From NCBI GenBank assembly GCA_046563655.1, contig CM102283.1:7254001-7318000 (forward strand): a DNA stretch of 64,000 nt, written 5' to 3'. This stretch comes from Yuukianura sp. NJ FZ-2021. Lineage: Eukaryota. The notes beneath the pieces are model-generated. The model did no database searches. It was not told the origin of the DNA and saw only the letters and a list, made by a program, of their open reading frames with translations. Both the position numbers and the translations under genes were made by a program. Positions 13,334 to 27,900 of the stretch are shown one piece after another (the first letter of the stretch is position 1; each line of letters begins with the position of its first letter).

Positions 13334-15153
13334 CCTTGGAAGCAGACTCATTTTAACTGTCGAGTTGGACACAATCGAGCGTAGATCAATTGAATTATGC
13401 TTGAGCTTCCGGAATTTAGCAACAACGAAGGTTCACGTCGACCTAAATTCCAAAATTCTTTCTTTTTAGATTTGAATTTAGAATTTTGAAAAGTTTTGCT
13501 CATTTTTTTTTTGGAAGAAATTTGAATTTGAGAAGATTTGAATTTCGCGCGCTCCAAGAATTTGAATTCGAAGCAAGAGGTGGAGACGACGTCGCAGCGT
13601 TACAGCCATGAAAATTCGCGTACACTGAAACTTTTCATAACAAGTTAAATCTTAATTAACTATGTAATAGTTTTAATAGACAAATGTATTAAAATTAAAT
13701 TTTATTCAATTCCAGTTAAAAAAAGAGCAACAATCGAGGTATTACATCGTAAGAAAAGTATCCAACACCACTAAGACTATGCAGAAAACAGAAGAGTAAG
13801 TAATTCAACAATAGAAGATGACGTGTTACACAATTAACTTGAATTGTTACTCGCTCAATTTTTGTTTTAGAACAAAAAATTATGTTAAAAAAGTGGCTGG
13901 AGGCCGTTGGATGCTTGTCGCGTGTCTTTGGAAGACACGGTGATGTGCATTTTGGAGTCTATTCTTTGGTCACTGAAAGGAAGATTCAAGTCGTTGTCAG
14001 CGGGAGACATGTTTTCTCGGTCGAAGTCTCTGTGCTGGCCCTTATCATCCTATGTTAAGGCCCTATTGTTAAGATGATGATTTTTTACACCCTGCAACTG
14101 CCTCGGTACACTTGGACAAAGGGCTCCCCTCCGAGTCAACATCATTTCTTTTCCATTTGGACAGAAGCAGCAGGACAAATCCACATCACAAGAAGATACC
14201 GAATAACCTACGCTTTTTCAAAGTACAGGACTTAAGGGATCCATTCCCAACAAATTATCCAGAAAATCTGAGAGATCTAATGAGGTTTAGTGTTGAAGGA
14301 TCCCTTTGTCCCTTAAACCAGAAACAACACCGAGCAGAGCGTCCCTTAACAGATTTTTCCTTCAAAATTTAAAAAAAAAAGATGTTTATCATAGGAATTC
14401 GAAGAATCAGAGCTGAAATTAGCCACAAAACGATGCAAAGCAAGACGCTTTTGAAAAACAAAAATTCATTCGCAGTTTTTTTTTTGGAACTTACTTCTAA
14501 AGTTTTCCATCCCATGGATGTGCTTGGCAAAAACAGAAAATTTTTACAGAAATATTTACAGAACAGAAACAGAATATTTTTCGAAAAACGGTTTTTGTCG
14601 TTAACTTGAAATTTAAATTCTGAAATGTTGAAAATAATTTCGCTTCCTGGTGGCATCTTCGGGATAAAGCGGTTAGAAGTTTAGTTATTACATTTTTCAA
14701 TCTTTTTTTTTCAAAATTTTGAAAAGGAGATTGTTTTTCGGCATGACAAAAGGTAAAATCTTTAAAGTTTTTGGTTAGTCTAAAGGTAATTATTAGGCCA
14801 CAGGAGCGTAGTTATTGTTATGATACTTTATGGTCTTCTGTTCCTACGGTATAAATTACCTCAAAGTCTCCACCAAGTCCTCCTTTTGTCCTTTTCCATT
14901 GTTGTCATTTAAGTGCCCTCCCCTTGCTCTTGTGCCCACTTCCAAAAGCCAAAGAGTCACCCACCCTTAATTGTTATGGATTATTACACAGCCCTTGTTT
15001 TTAAATCTTTTCAAAAGGAAATGTGCAAAAGGTAACCTTGGACACAATGGACCTGGACATGGTCAATGACAGGGTGACAAACGGACCCTTCACACAAAAA
15101 TACCATAAAAGTGTCTTACGACTTTCAACACAAAAAGTTTACAGAAAGTTCAC

Positions 15154-15248
15154 AAAAAGTTTTGTCGCAAAGGGGGATGATTTTTTGTTCATCCCCGAAA
15201 AAAATAAAAAGTTTGTCGCATAAGGGATGATTTTGGTTCAACCCCGAA
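15154..15248. repeat. Two imperfect tandem copies (~45-50 bp) carrying a GGGATGA...TCA(T/A)CCC hairpin
   Basis: aaaaagttttgtcgcaaagggggatgattttttgttcatccccgaa versus aaaaagtttgtcgcataagggatgattttggttcaaccccgaa. Confidence 0.75.
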
Positions 15249-16549
15249 GTTTGTTCAAGGTTTCCTTTCAGATTTTGCTTTTTCGCGCAATTTTTAGTTT
15301 GCTTTTACTTTTTACTTTTTCTGTAGTTCGTAGTATTTTGGCGCCGGAATTTGACTTTCCGTGAATTCAGAATAGAATCGGATTTTAGCGAGTAATTTTA
15401 ACTTTGTATCTTCTGAGATTGCGTCTGAAATGTGATTAGATGAAACATGTAAAGTTGTATAAATCGTTGATGAGTTTCACGGGTCAATTTACGAGGTAAT
15501 TACGGATGAAGGTGTGAAATGATGCAAAGATGTTGTAAGTTGTAGGGGATTAGAATGTCTGATCTCATCCTTACACTAAAATTCAAAAAGCTACGGCAAC
15601 GGTACTTTTCACACCTTTTGCCTAGACAAAGCATTTTTTGATTGACTATCCCTTTCACTTGCATCTCTCAGAGCTCATCTTCGCCTCTCCTTCCTAAAAA
15701 CATTCGGTGGAAACAAAGCAAAATGCATCTGCTCTTCAGATACAAAAACAACTTCCCAGGGGAAGGCTAGTCTTTAGTCCATAATTCTTCAAACAAACGT
15801 AACAACATAGTTTCAGACGCAGCACAAAATACGTCTCTGCAAAACTAATTTCCAAAAAAATATATTACCTTTTATTGAAATTAATTGAAATTAAAAATTT
15901 TGAAATCAAAGTGAAACGTTTTCAATTAAAATCAATTTTGAACCTGGCGGATCAAAATTTCTTCGGAGGTTGAATGCCTAAACACAACTTTTAGAACTTT
16001 GCTGCACGTTAAAAACTCGCATTTTTGAAAGTTTTTAACAACTTCAAACTTCTACTCTGAATTTTTTTTTTCAAAATTTGCCTTGAAGTTAGTTAGGGAA
16101 TGTTTTCTCGGAGTTTGGTGAAGGCGACAGCAGCTTGTGTTGTGAATGTTAAGTGAGAATGTTTCCCAGAATTCAATTGGTGAAGGTGACGGTGACCTTA
16201 ATTGTTAGTTTTGATCAGCCTAACAAATCACCAGTGTATTGATCAACCTAACAAATTTGAAGAGTGTTGATTGGTCTGACGTAGGAATGTCAGTCAAGTG
16301 TCGCTGTGGACTGCTAGAAACATGTTTTCTAGTATTAACCTGACTTTTAAGCTCCGTTGTAGCAGTACTGAAGAGGAGGCGGAGTTTGGGGACGCAGTGA
16401 GTCGTTTGTGTCATCTTGGAAGAAGGAACGAGCGACGACCGACCCATAGGGGAAACTCCCAAGCGAAGTTGCCCCCCACTTTTCAACCAGCTACAAGACA
16501 CAGTCACCACCAAAAGTTACACACAAACACCTTACAGCTTCTTTGTCAT

Positions 16550-16712
16550 CGTCCAGTCAGTCGACACACGACGACCAGCCAACACACGTCACACGGAGTC
16601 AGCTAACCGCCGGACACGCTTACACCAGCTAACTTTAAAACTGTCCAGCATGGGCCACTCCTTGTCGTCGTGAACTTTGACATTTGAACTTTTGGAATCC
16701 AGTAAAACTCAG
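16550..16712 (+). promoter_or_regulatory. Probable transcription start and non-coding first exon of the basonuclin/disco gene
   Basis: Inr-like TCAGT near 16557; strong donor CAG|GTAAGG at 16712/16713; matching acceptor TTTGACAG at 18810 before the ATG exon. Confidence 0.45.
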
Positions 16713-18924
16713 GTAAGGTTAAAACACATTTCGTTTTTCCAGTTTTTCAACTTTTTTAACCTTTTGAATTTGGCTCCGTGCTCCAAATTTTGTTCGCCCA
16801 TTAGCACGCTTAATTATTTGAAATTTATCATTTGCACTCCACTGCCTCTTGTTGTCCACCGCTTCCAAGCTGCTAGTTGCTTTCACCAAACGGAAGCATT
16901 TTCCAAAATTGAGTGGTTTTAAAAATTATTTCCAGTTTTCAAGCAAATGCCAAATTTTAGTTTTTTACGGTTGTCAAATTTTTTTTTTCAGAAACTGCAA
17001 GTTTTCGCATGTCAAAGTTTTTTCTTTGCCGATTGAAACTAATTTTTGCAAAGTGAAGTTTTTGAAAAGAATTTTTCGTAATTGCTCAACAAAGGACTTA
17101 AACGTGTCTTTAGCATTCTTCACTTTTTTGCCGGCTTCATTTAATTGTTTAATTTACATCAAAACAAGTTCATTTTCTTGAATTCCAATGAAACATTAAA
17201 AGAGCGGCTTTTCAAGGCAAACCTTCGGGTAACATCTCCTGTCATGTTGTCGCTTTTGCCAAAAACTTGCAGAAAAAGTTATGGTGGACACCATAAAAAT
17301 TATAAGTTGACAAAGGGTGAGAAGGGAACATGACAGGTTGACATGTCAGAAGAAAAAAGTTGACCCGTCAGCCAAGTTGCGAACCACGTCATGCACCCAT
17401 TCATCATGACAAAGGAAATTGAACAAGTTTTTGAAAATGAAAAAGTCGTTCAATTTGACTCCTGATGAGCATAAATGTTGAGACAAAGTGATTCGGTGAG
17501 TTAACAAATGCATTATAAAGTTAAGTTGTTTAACTTGCTGGAGGGGATGAGATCGGTCCATGCCCAGGTTTCACGGTCGAGCGGGAATTTCCAAAAAGTT
17601 AGCTTTTGACGTTTATATTTGCTACATTATACTTTCTACATGTATTCATTAGGTTAGGTTTGAATATGTTAGCTTACCTTAGGTTATAGCGTCAGTTTTT
17701 TCCAGTTGAAGTGTCATCTGTTCCCACAAAAATCCACAAGTAATTTTTATTGTTATATTATTTAACTGCCGCCCTCTGGGTTTCTACTGCTTTTTTATCA
17801 TGACCTCTGATCAGTACTTTTTATTCTAACTGACGACGGATTTCCTGTCCCCACACTGCACTGTTTGACTACTGCCACCGCATTGCTACTGCCACTTTTC
17901 AACTTAAACAACCACCACTTCTGCCATGAGATCCCTATCAATTTCAACATTTCCCACTTCTGAAAAAACTGGTCTCATGTCAATGAAACACATCCGGTCA
18001 CTTCACATTGTCCGCCGTTGTCTTTTGTTGTCCGCGGTGACCTGACCAGGGAGGGACACAAATACGCAGAAGTACGTCCAAAAAAGCGCCAAACCACTAT
18101 GATCACCTTTGACCGAGCTTCGGAATTGTGCATCTGACGCTAGGCTAATTCTGTCGCAGGTTTTTGTGGAATTTGACAAGACTATATGCTGTTGACAAGT
18201 TTAGAGAAAAATTAGTTTCCTTTTCACTTATGGAATTGGAAGTTTTGAAGCGAGTTCTTTCTTTGGCTACTTTTCGGCATGACCATTGCGTTGCTCACTT
18301 TAGGTCAAATTTCGATTTTTGTTGCTTTTGGACAAAATCCGTCATAGCTTTCTAGCCCAATTTCAACGTTTTCGGTCCAATTTCTATCTTTCTTTTTTTG
18401 CAAGTTGAGCTTTCGCTAGTTTTGGACCAATTCGACCTTTCGCTTCTTTTGGCCGAATTTGACCCTGAGTTTGACCGGGTTTGACCCACAGTCTTGCCTG
18501 CGGTTAAGTTTGACCTCAGTTACTACTTTTTTGGAGCGAAGGTCTGAACTGCCCTCCAACGATGCTATCACACACAGTTCGGCTGACAATTTCTGGTTTT
18601 TGGGCTCATAAATCAGTAACAAAGTGGATTTTTTAAGTAGGAGGGCAATGTGGTCTAGTTTTTTGGTTTTTCCATTAGTGTGACTTTTTAGGAAACCTCT
18701 CGATCCTATCACCCACGCCTTAACTTGTCATATGCACCGAAAAAATCTTTGTGTTGGTTGGTGTTCTAAATGCGTTTTTTAGAACAACGTTTATTTTTGG
18801 TCTTTGACAGGAGCAGAAAGGACAGGAGCCAGAAGCCAACCGGAGACAAGCAAACCTCCGATCACCCACATTTTCTAACCGAAAACCGAAGTTGATTTAA
18901 GAGGGAAATTCAAACAGCGTAATT

Positions 18925-21900
18925 ATGGATCTGGTGAGTTCAAAAACTTTCAAAAAATATCAATGCGCATGATTCAAAACCTACTCTTTGATATGTCACT
19001 GATACCCAGGAATAGAAAATGAAACTTCCGGGTTTTTAAAATTTTGATAAGGGAGTTTTTAGAAAACGCCCGTGTTTTGACTTGAACATTAACCGCCATT
19101 TTTTGAATTTGGAATTCCCGTGTATGTTCGTGATTGGTGTTCTTGTTTGTCCCACCTCTCACCTTAAGCATCTTCTCAAGATTTGAATCCCTGATAATTG
19201 GGATAAAACGAAAAAGGGCTGAGATTCAAAAACTTAAATCTTCCCGGTCCAAGATGCTCCAACGCCATTTGTCTCTCTCCTCCCATTTCAAAGTACCCAC
19301 TCTATGTTGGTTCAGGGACCCTTAAGTGGCTGTTTGAGGACATCCTCAACAGGAATTTTGAGGATTTCCTAACCGAGGACTACGATTTTTCTCACAAAAA
19401 CTAGTACTTCCAGAATTTCGTAATTTCAAAATTTCAGGTTGATGAATCCCACAGTTTCCAAAATTTCACGCTTTTCCCCACTTTTGCATCACGCCAAGTG
19501 AATTTTTTTTTACAAAATTTTTGACCAGAAAATTTTATACTAAAATATAAAGAATTTTTCACAATATTTTTTTTTGAGAATTGGTGGTTTGTGTAGGATC
19601 TATGAAGATGAGTACTGAAAGTGAGTACTGAATTGAGGAAATCCTCACTTGTGAGGTGCTTAACCCTGACAGGGACGGAGTGTCCTGTCACAGATCCAAG
19701 GAGTCATGGACTTGGAGTAAGTCTTGGAAGATGGTCCTTCTGACGAGGATAATGGTCCCTATGAACATTAAAATATGAGATTTCATAAACCTTGGGAACA
19801 TTGAGTTAGGGTAACTTTTTCTAAAAAACCGGTTTAAAAAATATGAAAACTCTTCCATGCAATTAGACTTTGGGCCAAACCTCCTTTTAATTTTCTAAAA
19901 AAAACTAGTCATTTCGTTCTCATGATCATGCTCATCATGTACAACAGTCCAAGGGGACTTTCTGGACACAGCCTCCAAGAGTTCAAAGATTCCACGCATC
20001 CCTTCAAAATAAGAAAGTATGGAGGGGTAAAAAGTATCATTATACGGAGTTCACCGAATGACCCTAGGCCATCATAACTTTTTGAAAAAAATAAGGGAGC
20101 AATTTTGATTTTCAAAATCTCCCGCGCTTCTCCAAACTCTCATTATGACATTCCTCAAGAACAACAGCGTCCCCTCCATGCTCCGCCCCCATTTCATTAA
20201 GGGGGACTCACCTGTCAATTACTTTTGCAACCAAAGTCCCCCCACAGTAATCATCACTTTTCGATTGTTTCAAATAGTTTCCACTTTTTTTTGCACCCTC
20301 CGGAAATCCTGTCCATCATTTTTCCGAGGCCAGTTTTTCTCATTCTTAAAAGTCACATACCAAATATAAAATTTTTTTTTTGAAATTTTCTTTGAAGAAA
20401 TGTAGATATAAGTTTTTCAACAGAAAGGAGTTAGAAATGTCCTGAATTCGTTTTTGGAAGAATGTTTACAAATTTTCAAAAAAATATCTGTTTTACTTTT
20501 TTCTAACATCTTGTGTACTATGCTCTATTCCCGCCGGTGGTCCCAGGAAATTTCAATTTTTCAAAATTTCAAGTTTTTGTTAAAAATGAAGTCTCGCATG
20601 TTGAATGACATTGAACATGAAAGGAAATTGAGAAAATAGTCCTTGACGAGTGTCACCAACTTACTAAATGTTGAGTACTTTTTTCCAACAAATCAATTTA
20701 ATCAAGGTTCAGATCATTTGTGTCCAAGGACAATTGGAAATTGGTCTCATTGTTCCTGTTTATTGTTGTCCTGTTGCTGTCCATATCTGACAAACTAAAA
20801 TTCACCTGCAGCATTAACAGCATCAGCAGCATTCGAAGTCAACTTGTAGCCTCTTAGTCCACCTTGTTCCCTGCGCTCCCTCTGCCCAGGAATGTCGTGA
20901 GTGACTCGAGGGCAAAATCGAAGAAGAGGTCGACCACGCCCAGGGTCTCTTTTCAGTCACGCCAAAATGCTTCAAGAAGTCTCCACTTCTTCCTTTACGG
21001 GCCATGTCAACCCACGTCCACTCCTAAAACATAATGTATTTCCTATAACACCAATTTACTATGTTACGAGAGACGATTTTTCAATAGATCATGTCATCAG
21101 CAGTGCTTCTTCCAAGGAAAGTTACGATTTTGATTGGCGGGTGCAAGAAATCCGAGATTCTGATTGGCTGACGAGCCGTCAGAAACTGAAAATTTATATT
21201 CGGATTCGAAAGACAAAAAAATTCGACATCGGGTTTTTGTTAAACGAATTTCCTTGAAAATTCGAGACTTTTTTTTTCGGTTAGGTTGAGGAATTTCAAA
21301 AATTAGGTTTCAAAGATTTCACGAATTTGATTGGATGATAGGTTGGGAGACAGGACGATTTTGATTGGTCGTTTGAATGTACAGGAAGAAAGACAGTTTT
21401 TTGAATTAATGCGCGGAAATATAGTTCAGTTTCTTCTCAAATGTCACGTCTTTCGTTTTTTATAACATTTGCGTCTCCTCACAAAGTTTTGAAGGGCGTC
21501 ATCATGTACTTTGGCGTGATGATGCATCAAATGAGATTTTGAGAAGGCTGGAACTCCCTTAAATTGCAGATATGAAACATGTTTACATATAAAATTGTTC
21601 AAAATTTTATAAACGTTGGTGCTATGAGTAAAGTGTAGGTAGGTTGTTGGTGGTTGACGTGGAGAGTGACATGGGAGAGGGGGGTTTCGAGACAGAGAGT
21701 GACATGGTCACGACACTTGAGCCTCTTCTCAGAAGTGCTTTGGAATTACTAAACTTTTTTCAAAAACGCCCACTTGCCAAGTGCCAAGTCCTTGGAACTG
21801 GATATGCTACCTGGACTTAGTTTAAAAAAATATGACGAGGTATTGTATTATAGAAGGTGCATGGTTCATTTGACTTTTCATGCCAGGACTAGTGTGTATG

Positions 21901-24900
21901 TCCAAGTACATGTCAAGGGTCAAGTTACTTTGGAAAGTTATGAAATCCTATAGTTGTGAGTGTGACTGGTTTTGACACATTGGGCCATATGGATCTGTAG
22001 GGTCAGCATTGAAATTGTTCTAATTGAAATCGAAAGCAACCCCATCGCTTTCCCCCTTCCAGCCCTAAAACGCTTGAATTCTAGAACAATGTCCATTCTT
22101 AGGGTGTTGGGGTGGCTGGACCAGAGCTGGATGCTGGATGCTGCTGGATAATTTCGTTACTTGATTGATTGTTCTTGTCCTTTTCTTTCCCCGGCCTTCT
22201 GGAAAAGTGGCAGAAACGGATCCAATTCAGACGAAAATGATGCAGCGGCAATAAGTAGGATCTGGGGGAAAAGAAAGCTTTTTTCTCTTAATTTTTTCAG
22301 TTTTTCTCTCCCCCGAAACTGAGAAAATGTGATCTTGAAGGGGTAAAGTTTCATTCCATTACGCCAAACAAAAGCACTTTTGTTCATTTTGTTTTCTATA
22401 ACAAGAAAAAGTTAACGCTGCTTCATTTCACTTATCTACATGTGATACGAAAGAAAGCCTGAGAAAAAATTTTTCGAAAAAATTTGTCCGGATTTTGAAA
22501 ACTGTTGATGCAGCATTCAGATTCAAGCAAATTTTGCTGGATTTGTTTTGATTTTAGACTTGAAAAGAGAAAGGAACTAGAATTATTTACTATTTGGAGG
22601 AATCGTGTTTGGTTCTTTTAGTTTTTTTTTTGTTTTTTTGAGAATGCTTTTTTTTTTCGTTTTTTTGAACTGATACAAGGATTTTTTGTGCAATAAATCA
22701 CACATCCTGTCAATCACTTTAAAAGGTTAGGTTAGTTTTTTCAAAAGGTTTAGCATATGATCCATTAAGGAAGTGAAAGTTTCAACTTAAAATTCAATAG
22801 GGAGAGAGACAGGGTAGAACGAAGATGGTTTTCAGTCTGTAAAGGAAAAGCGGGAAAATGAAAGGAAAATTTGAATTGGTGATTTTCCAACGTACTGGGC
22901 AACAACTTTTATCAATGTCGTTCTGTCCTGTGTGGGGTAGCTTTCACCAGAGACTTCACAAAAAGCAGCGGAGAAAGCAGGTTTATCTTGATGTCATTTT
23001 TCATAAAAATGAAGTGAAAGTATCCACGTACTCCCCCACCCTTGTCTTCATATTTTGTAATTACGCGGACTTTTGTATCTCAAGTAGCCCCACCTGAAAA
23101 GAAAATTGGGCAGAAAACGTCACTTTCTCGCTAAACGAAGAAACGACAAAAGATTGATGACCATTTTGGGAAATGAGGGAAAACTTTTGGCGGGAAAAAG
23201 TTAATCTTTGTGCAGGACGCGAGATGGTCAAATCACATAAATTTTCTCCAAAACTTTTTGATTTAAAAAAAAATCACGAGGTCAAAGATCAACTTGAGGG
23301 AGGAAATGACATAAAACGTTTTTGTCTCAACCTGCCCCCGCCAAAAAGAGAGACTGTTGATCATGAATATTTGAAAACGTTGTTCGTTTTCTTGTTTTTG
23401 TTGATTTCTGTATTCCGGTTGAGTCTCCGCCGTACCTTCCGGGCGGTGCATCAAGTGCATTACCCATTCTCTTCCCCCGGGAAAATTCGAATTCCAAATT
23501 GTGCCAGCATCACCGTGGCTGGACCTGTTCTTTCGCCCACGGTGTCCACCCTAATAAGATTAACTTAACTCTAACCCTTTAAGCTTCATTTAGATGGTCC
23601 ACTGAAGGTGGACTCGAACCCACGGCTATGTGTCCAGTAAAACAAAAATTAGCCGTCGTCCTGAACCAAGCAGCCACTTTACTTCAGTTTGGTGGGGTGG
23701 AACCGGGAGCATTCAAATCCCACCGGACTCCCGCCTAATGGTTTTGTGGCTCACGGAATGTTGTTCCGGGCGTCAATATTTGATGGGCCACAAAACGTGG
23801 TCCCGCAAACATACGTCTGTACGTGGCTGGACCCTCACTTTACCCGGGAACTTTGAAAGTGGCCGGGACATGGGACGAAGTGATTGACATGGACGGCGGG
23901 TCTTGTGGCAGGAGGCCCTGGGGAATGACCTTCTGCAAGCGTCCTCGTCTGATTTATGTCTTCGCCTTGTCTTCCTCAACCTACTGCACGGTGAAGGACG
24001 CTTTCTTTATTCATGGAACGAGATCACTTCGCCTCGTCTATTATTTATTTGGGTCTCTACGTTATTTTCATTTGGAACATGATACAGAGAGAAAGCTTTT
24101 GGGATTATTCCATTTTTCCTGGAGCTTATCACGAAATTTCCCGCCACTGTCCGCTTTTTGGTCAATCTCGGTGGGCCTACCCAAGGGAACGGTGGTTCCG
24201 TTCGGCTGGCGTTGAGTTATGAGCAGCTTGTCGAAAGTTGTCACCCCAACGCGTCTCCCTTGAGACAGAATTTCTCATCGCGCCAAAAAAAATTCTCGAG
24301 CGAATTTTGACATTCTTCTCCGAAATCGCATTTTCTTGTGGTTCCATTTTGCAGATTTTCTGACGAAAACGTTTCCTAGTTCGGGAAAACGTTTTGTGAT
24401 TTTTCTGAGAACGTTTTGCACAATTTTGAAAACCAAAATTTAGAAATTTGCTGGAGTTACTGAAGAGCTGATTACTGCTGCTAACGTTAGGTTGACGATT
24501 GAATGCTTTTCTTTTTCATTTACTTAGTTTTTAGGCGGTCACATGATGCAGATATTTTGATTTTGAGTTTTGGCGGGGTTTTGGGGGTGGTTCCGTTTGG
24601 GGTTGAGCGATGGATTGAATGTTTGAATAAGTTCGTAAGTGGTGGGTCAAAGGAGCCACTTAGTGTCACGAAAGTGTCTCATTTGGAACTGCGGGGTCTC
24701 ATTGTTTGTCCCATTTGGGAACCCCGTGACTCAGCACAAAGTTGTGACCTGTGACTTACAGTTGTGACTGGAAGTGAAAGTGTCCTGCTAAGGGAAGGCG
24801 ATAAGATCTCTTTCTAGAAGGAAGAAAGTGTGTCTGGAGATGGAGGATTTAAGTGGTAGTGGGGGAGGGGACGTCGTCATCCCTCTGCTATTATTCCCTG

Positions 24901-27900
24901 GTAACGTGTGTGTGTCATTGCGTGACAAAGCTACCTGACACGCTTTATTAAAATCACAGTGTCATTATGACCTTTTAAACGGTTCTTCACGTAGCACCTT
25001 TACAAAACAAACTGTCACGCCAAAATACCAACTTTTTTCAAAACATTTGACAACTTTATTTCACTCGAAACAAATTTTAACTGATTTTCTCCAAATCGGT
25101 CAAAAAATTTTCAAAAAAGATATAACAGTATCAGCCGAATTTAACCAAAGTTGGGTTAATGCACACTCTTCTACTCGCTTTAACATTTTAGATTTGTCAA
25201 TTCCAATTCGTTTCATTTCGGACCACACTAGGTTTGGTCAAGTTAACTTTTGTTGCAGTTAGGTAACTAATGTTAGGTTAGTTTTAGCAAAAAATAATAA
25301 TAAGAGACGGGGATTCGAACTTTCATTAAAAATCCATTTAGTTCTTACTTATTTTTTTGAAAAGTGCAGTGAAATTGGGGAAAAGTGTAGCTATTGTTGC
25401 ATGATTGATAACAGGGAGGATTCTTGTCTATTTAACGTTGCAAAAAAGGCGGATAATGATCAACTGAAGGGCTTTGATCTGTCCACAAAATCCAAAAACT
25501 TCTTTTTTCAAGAAAAAAAAGTTTTTGTAAAACACTCTTATGCTACTTTTTTGGTAGTGAATTGAATTGAGACATTTTGGTAAAAATCAGTGGAGCTTGG
25601 AGGTTCCATGTCAAGCTTTATCCTTCTCTACTCATTGTCATCAATTTGTCTACGCATTCAACTTAACGGTTCTGTTTGAACATACTTTTTCAAGATCCAA
25701 GTTGATGATGATCTTGATTAATGACCTTGAGGCTTTTAAGTTCAGAAAAAGTTTTTCCAAAAATTGATTCAAAAGAAAATGAAAACAAATTTTGGCTCTC
25801 GACAAACTTCGCAGTTAGCTTTTATCTCAAGTTGTCCGTTTTTTGAAAATTTTTGGTGTTTATAATTTCTGATTTTTTTTTTGTTGCAGAAAAATCGATG
25901 TTCAGCAGGAGGATGCGAATGCAAAAGTTTTGTGGGAACAAAAGATCGACTTCGAATCTGCGATGGATGCAATCACTCTTGGCTCACGCATCGTAAGTAC
26001 ACAAAAAATTTTCGAAATGAATTTTTCTCTTCTTCAAAATTTTCAACTTTCCAAATTGTAACGCTAATTAAAAGTTTGTCATTGGTAAGAAATGAGAATA
26101 ATATCATCGTTTTTTGGCACGATTTCGAAGATGCTTCACTTTTTGCATTTTCTTCACCACTTTTTACATTTTTTTCTCAATATTTTCCATTCTGTTACAC
26201 TATTATTTTTTTATTTGTAACATCTCCCCCACTTCTGATCCTGTTAATGTCTCGTCACAGTTTGCACAGGAGAGGAAATGAGGGTCATGACCTTTTGGTC
26301 TGCCACAAGAACCTAATTGGGGCTTTGGGAATTAGTAAGCTAAGGTTACCCTTGGCTAGGTTCCTTTGGACATGGACAGTAGCCACTGACATTGGTTAGA
26401 TTCACAAGAGATTAGAATTTAACAGTCCAAGTGGCATTTCTTACAGGAGCACTTAATTGTACGCTTTTGTGGCTTTTAAGTAGAACTCAAGCCGGTTTTA
26501 AAGTAAAGAGATTCACATCTTCACAGAAGCACAGCTTAAAAGGATGAGGTCTGACTTTAATTTTAAATTTTGGCTCACATTTTTACAAACGTAAACTTCA
26601 AAAACGTAGTTTTTCATTGACTTCTGACAGCATTTGGATCCAATTTGAAAACAAACGGATGACCATTTCCTGCCCGCTTTTAGTTAAAAACATTTCCCAA
26701 AATGACTTTTAGCTTTACACTTTTTAGGTGAGCTCAGGCGGAACAAAAACGTGGGGCAAAAGCTAACAATTTAGACACAGAGAGCATGTGCAGGGGGAAA
26801 ACATTTATTTAATCTTCTCTCCAAATCCGATTCTACCCGGTTTTGTCTAAAAAGACTACAAAACCCGGGTCTTTTGATGTAAACAATTTTGAAATTCCCG
26901 GGCAAATTCAAATTTGTTTAGACAAGACGTATGCAGATGGACCGCGAGATTAAAATCCACCATCCGGAAGAATATTTACATTCGGTTTTTTCAGTAATGC
27001 TTTGGATTTTATACTCCAATGACTCTGCCACACGTCGGATTCTCTTTTAGTTTAGATTTTGAACAAGGATTTTCAATTTTGGCGTGCTTTTGGGTAATGT
27101 TAAATTTTGGATGGAGATTTGAAAAAAAATGTTAAATGGTGGTTTAAAAGCACTTTTGTTGTGAGAGACGGACCATCAAAGGGTTTGGACATTGATGTTA
27201 AGTGGGAAGTTTTGAGTGCGGGAGTTTTTGAATTTCTTGGTTTTCAAAGTGGCGTATGAACCACACCGCTTGGAGTCTTAAATTGTTTAGGTTAGGCTAA
27301 CCTTACGTTAGGTTACACGTTATGTTACCTAAGGATAGTTTATGACATGATGTGATTGGAGGTTTGACTTTTTAGTTGCCATTGTCCTGTCGCTTCCTTC
27401 CTTAAAAAGTCCCTCGGAGGGAGATTTTGTAATTGTGATGATGGAAAGGTGTGATAAACGCACAGCATTTCATAGTACAAGGGAAGATGGGATTTGAAGA
27501 TTACAAATAATTCTAGTAGCACTTCCTTCTAAAAGCATAGTTTCAAAGTCACTTCAATGTACATTTCATAAAAAAAATTCAAGAAAAAGTTAGCGACACA
27601 CCTTTGAAAAAATGAAAATAGAAAATTCCCACCCCTGCGGTGTCTTTTTCTTCAACCCCTTTGGGTTTCATCCCCCTCGCGTCCTTTTTTTATCACATTA
27701 TGACAGGGGCAATTGATTTTTTTGAAATTTCGGCTCGTATCTTTTATGTTTTAAAATTTTCAAAATTTTTCAATTTTTCACATCTTGGCGTGAAGATTTT
27801 CCGAGATACTGAAAAGTTCCATTCAACAGAGGCGCGCTGTCACTGCTGACAAAGAAAAGAGTGGGTTGTAAAATGTTTCAAATTGTTGGGCCGCTTGCCG

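Noticed and set aside
23602-23687. Functional tRNA or tRNA-Sec gene
   Set aside because: No canonical anticodon arm, no UCA anticodon, an imperfect T stem, and an internal T run that would terminate Pol III
27288-27330. TTAGG-like motifs
   Set aside because: Only two or three degenerate units; not a telomeric array
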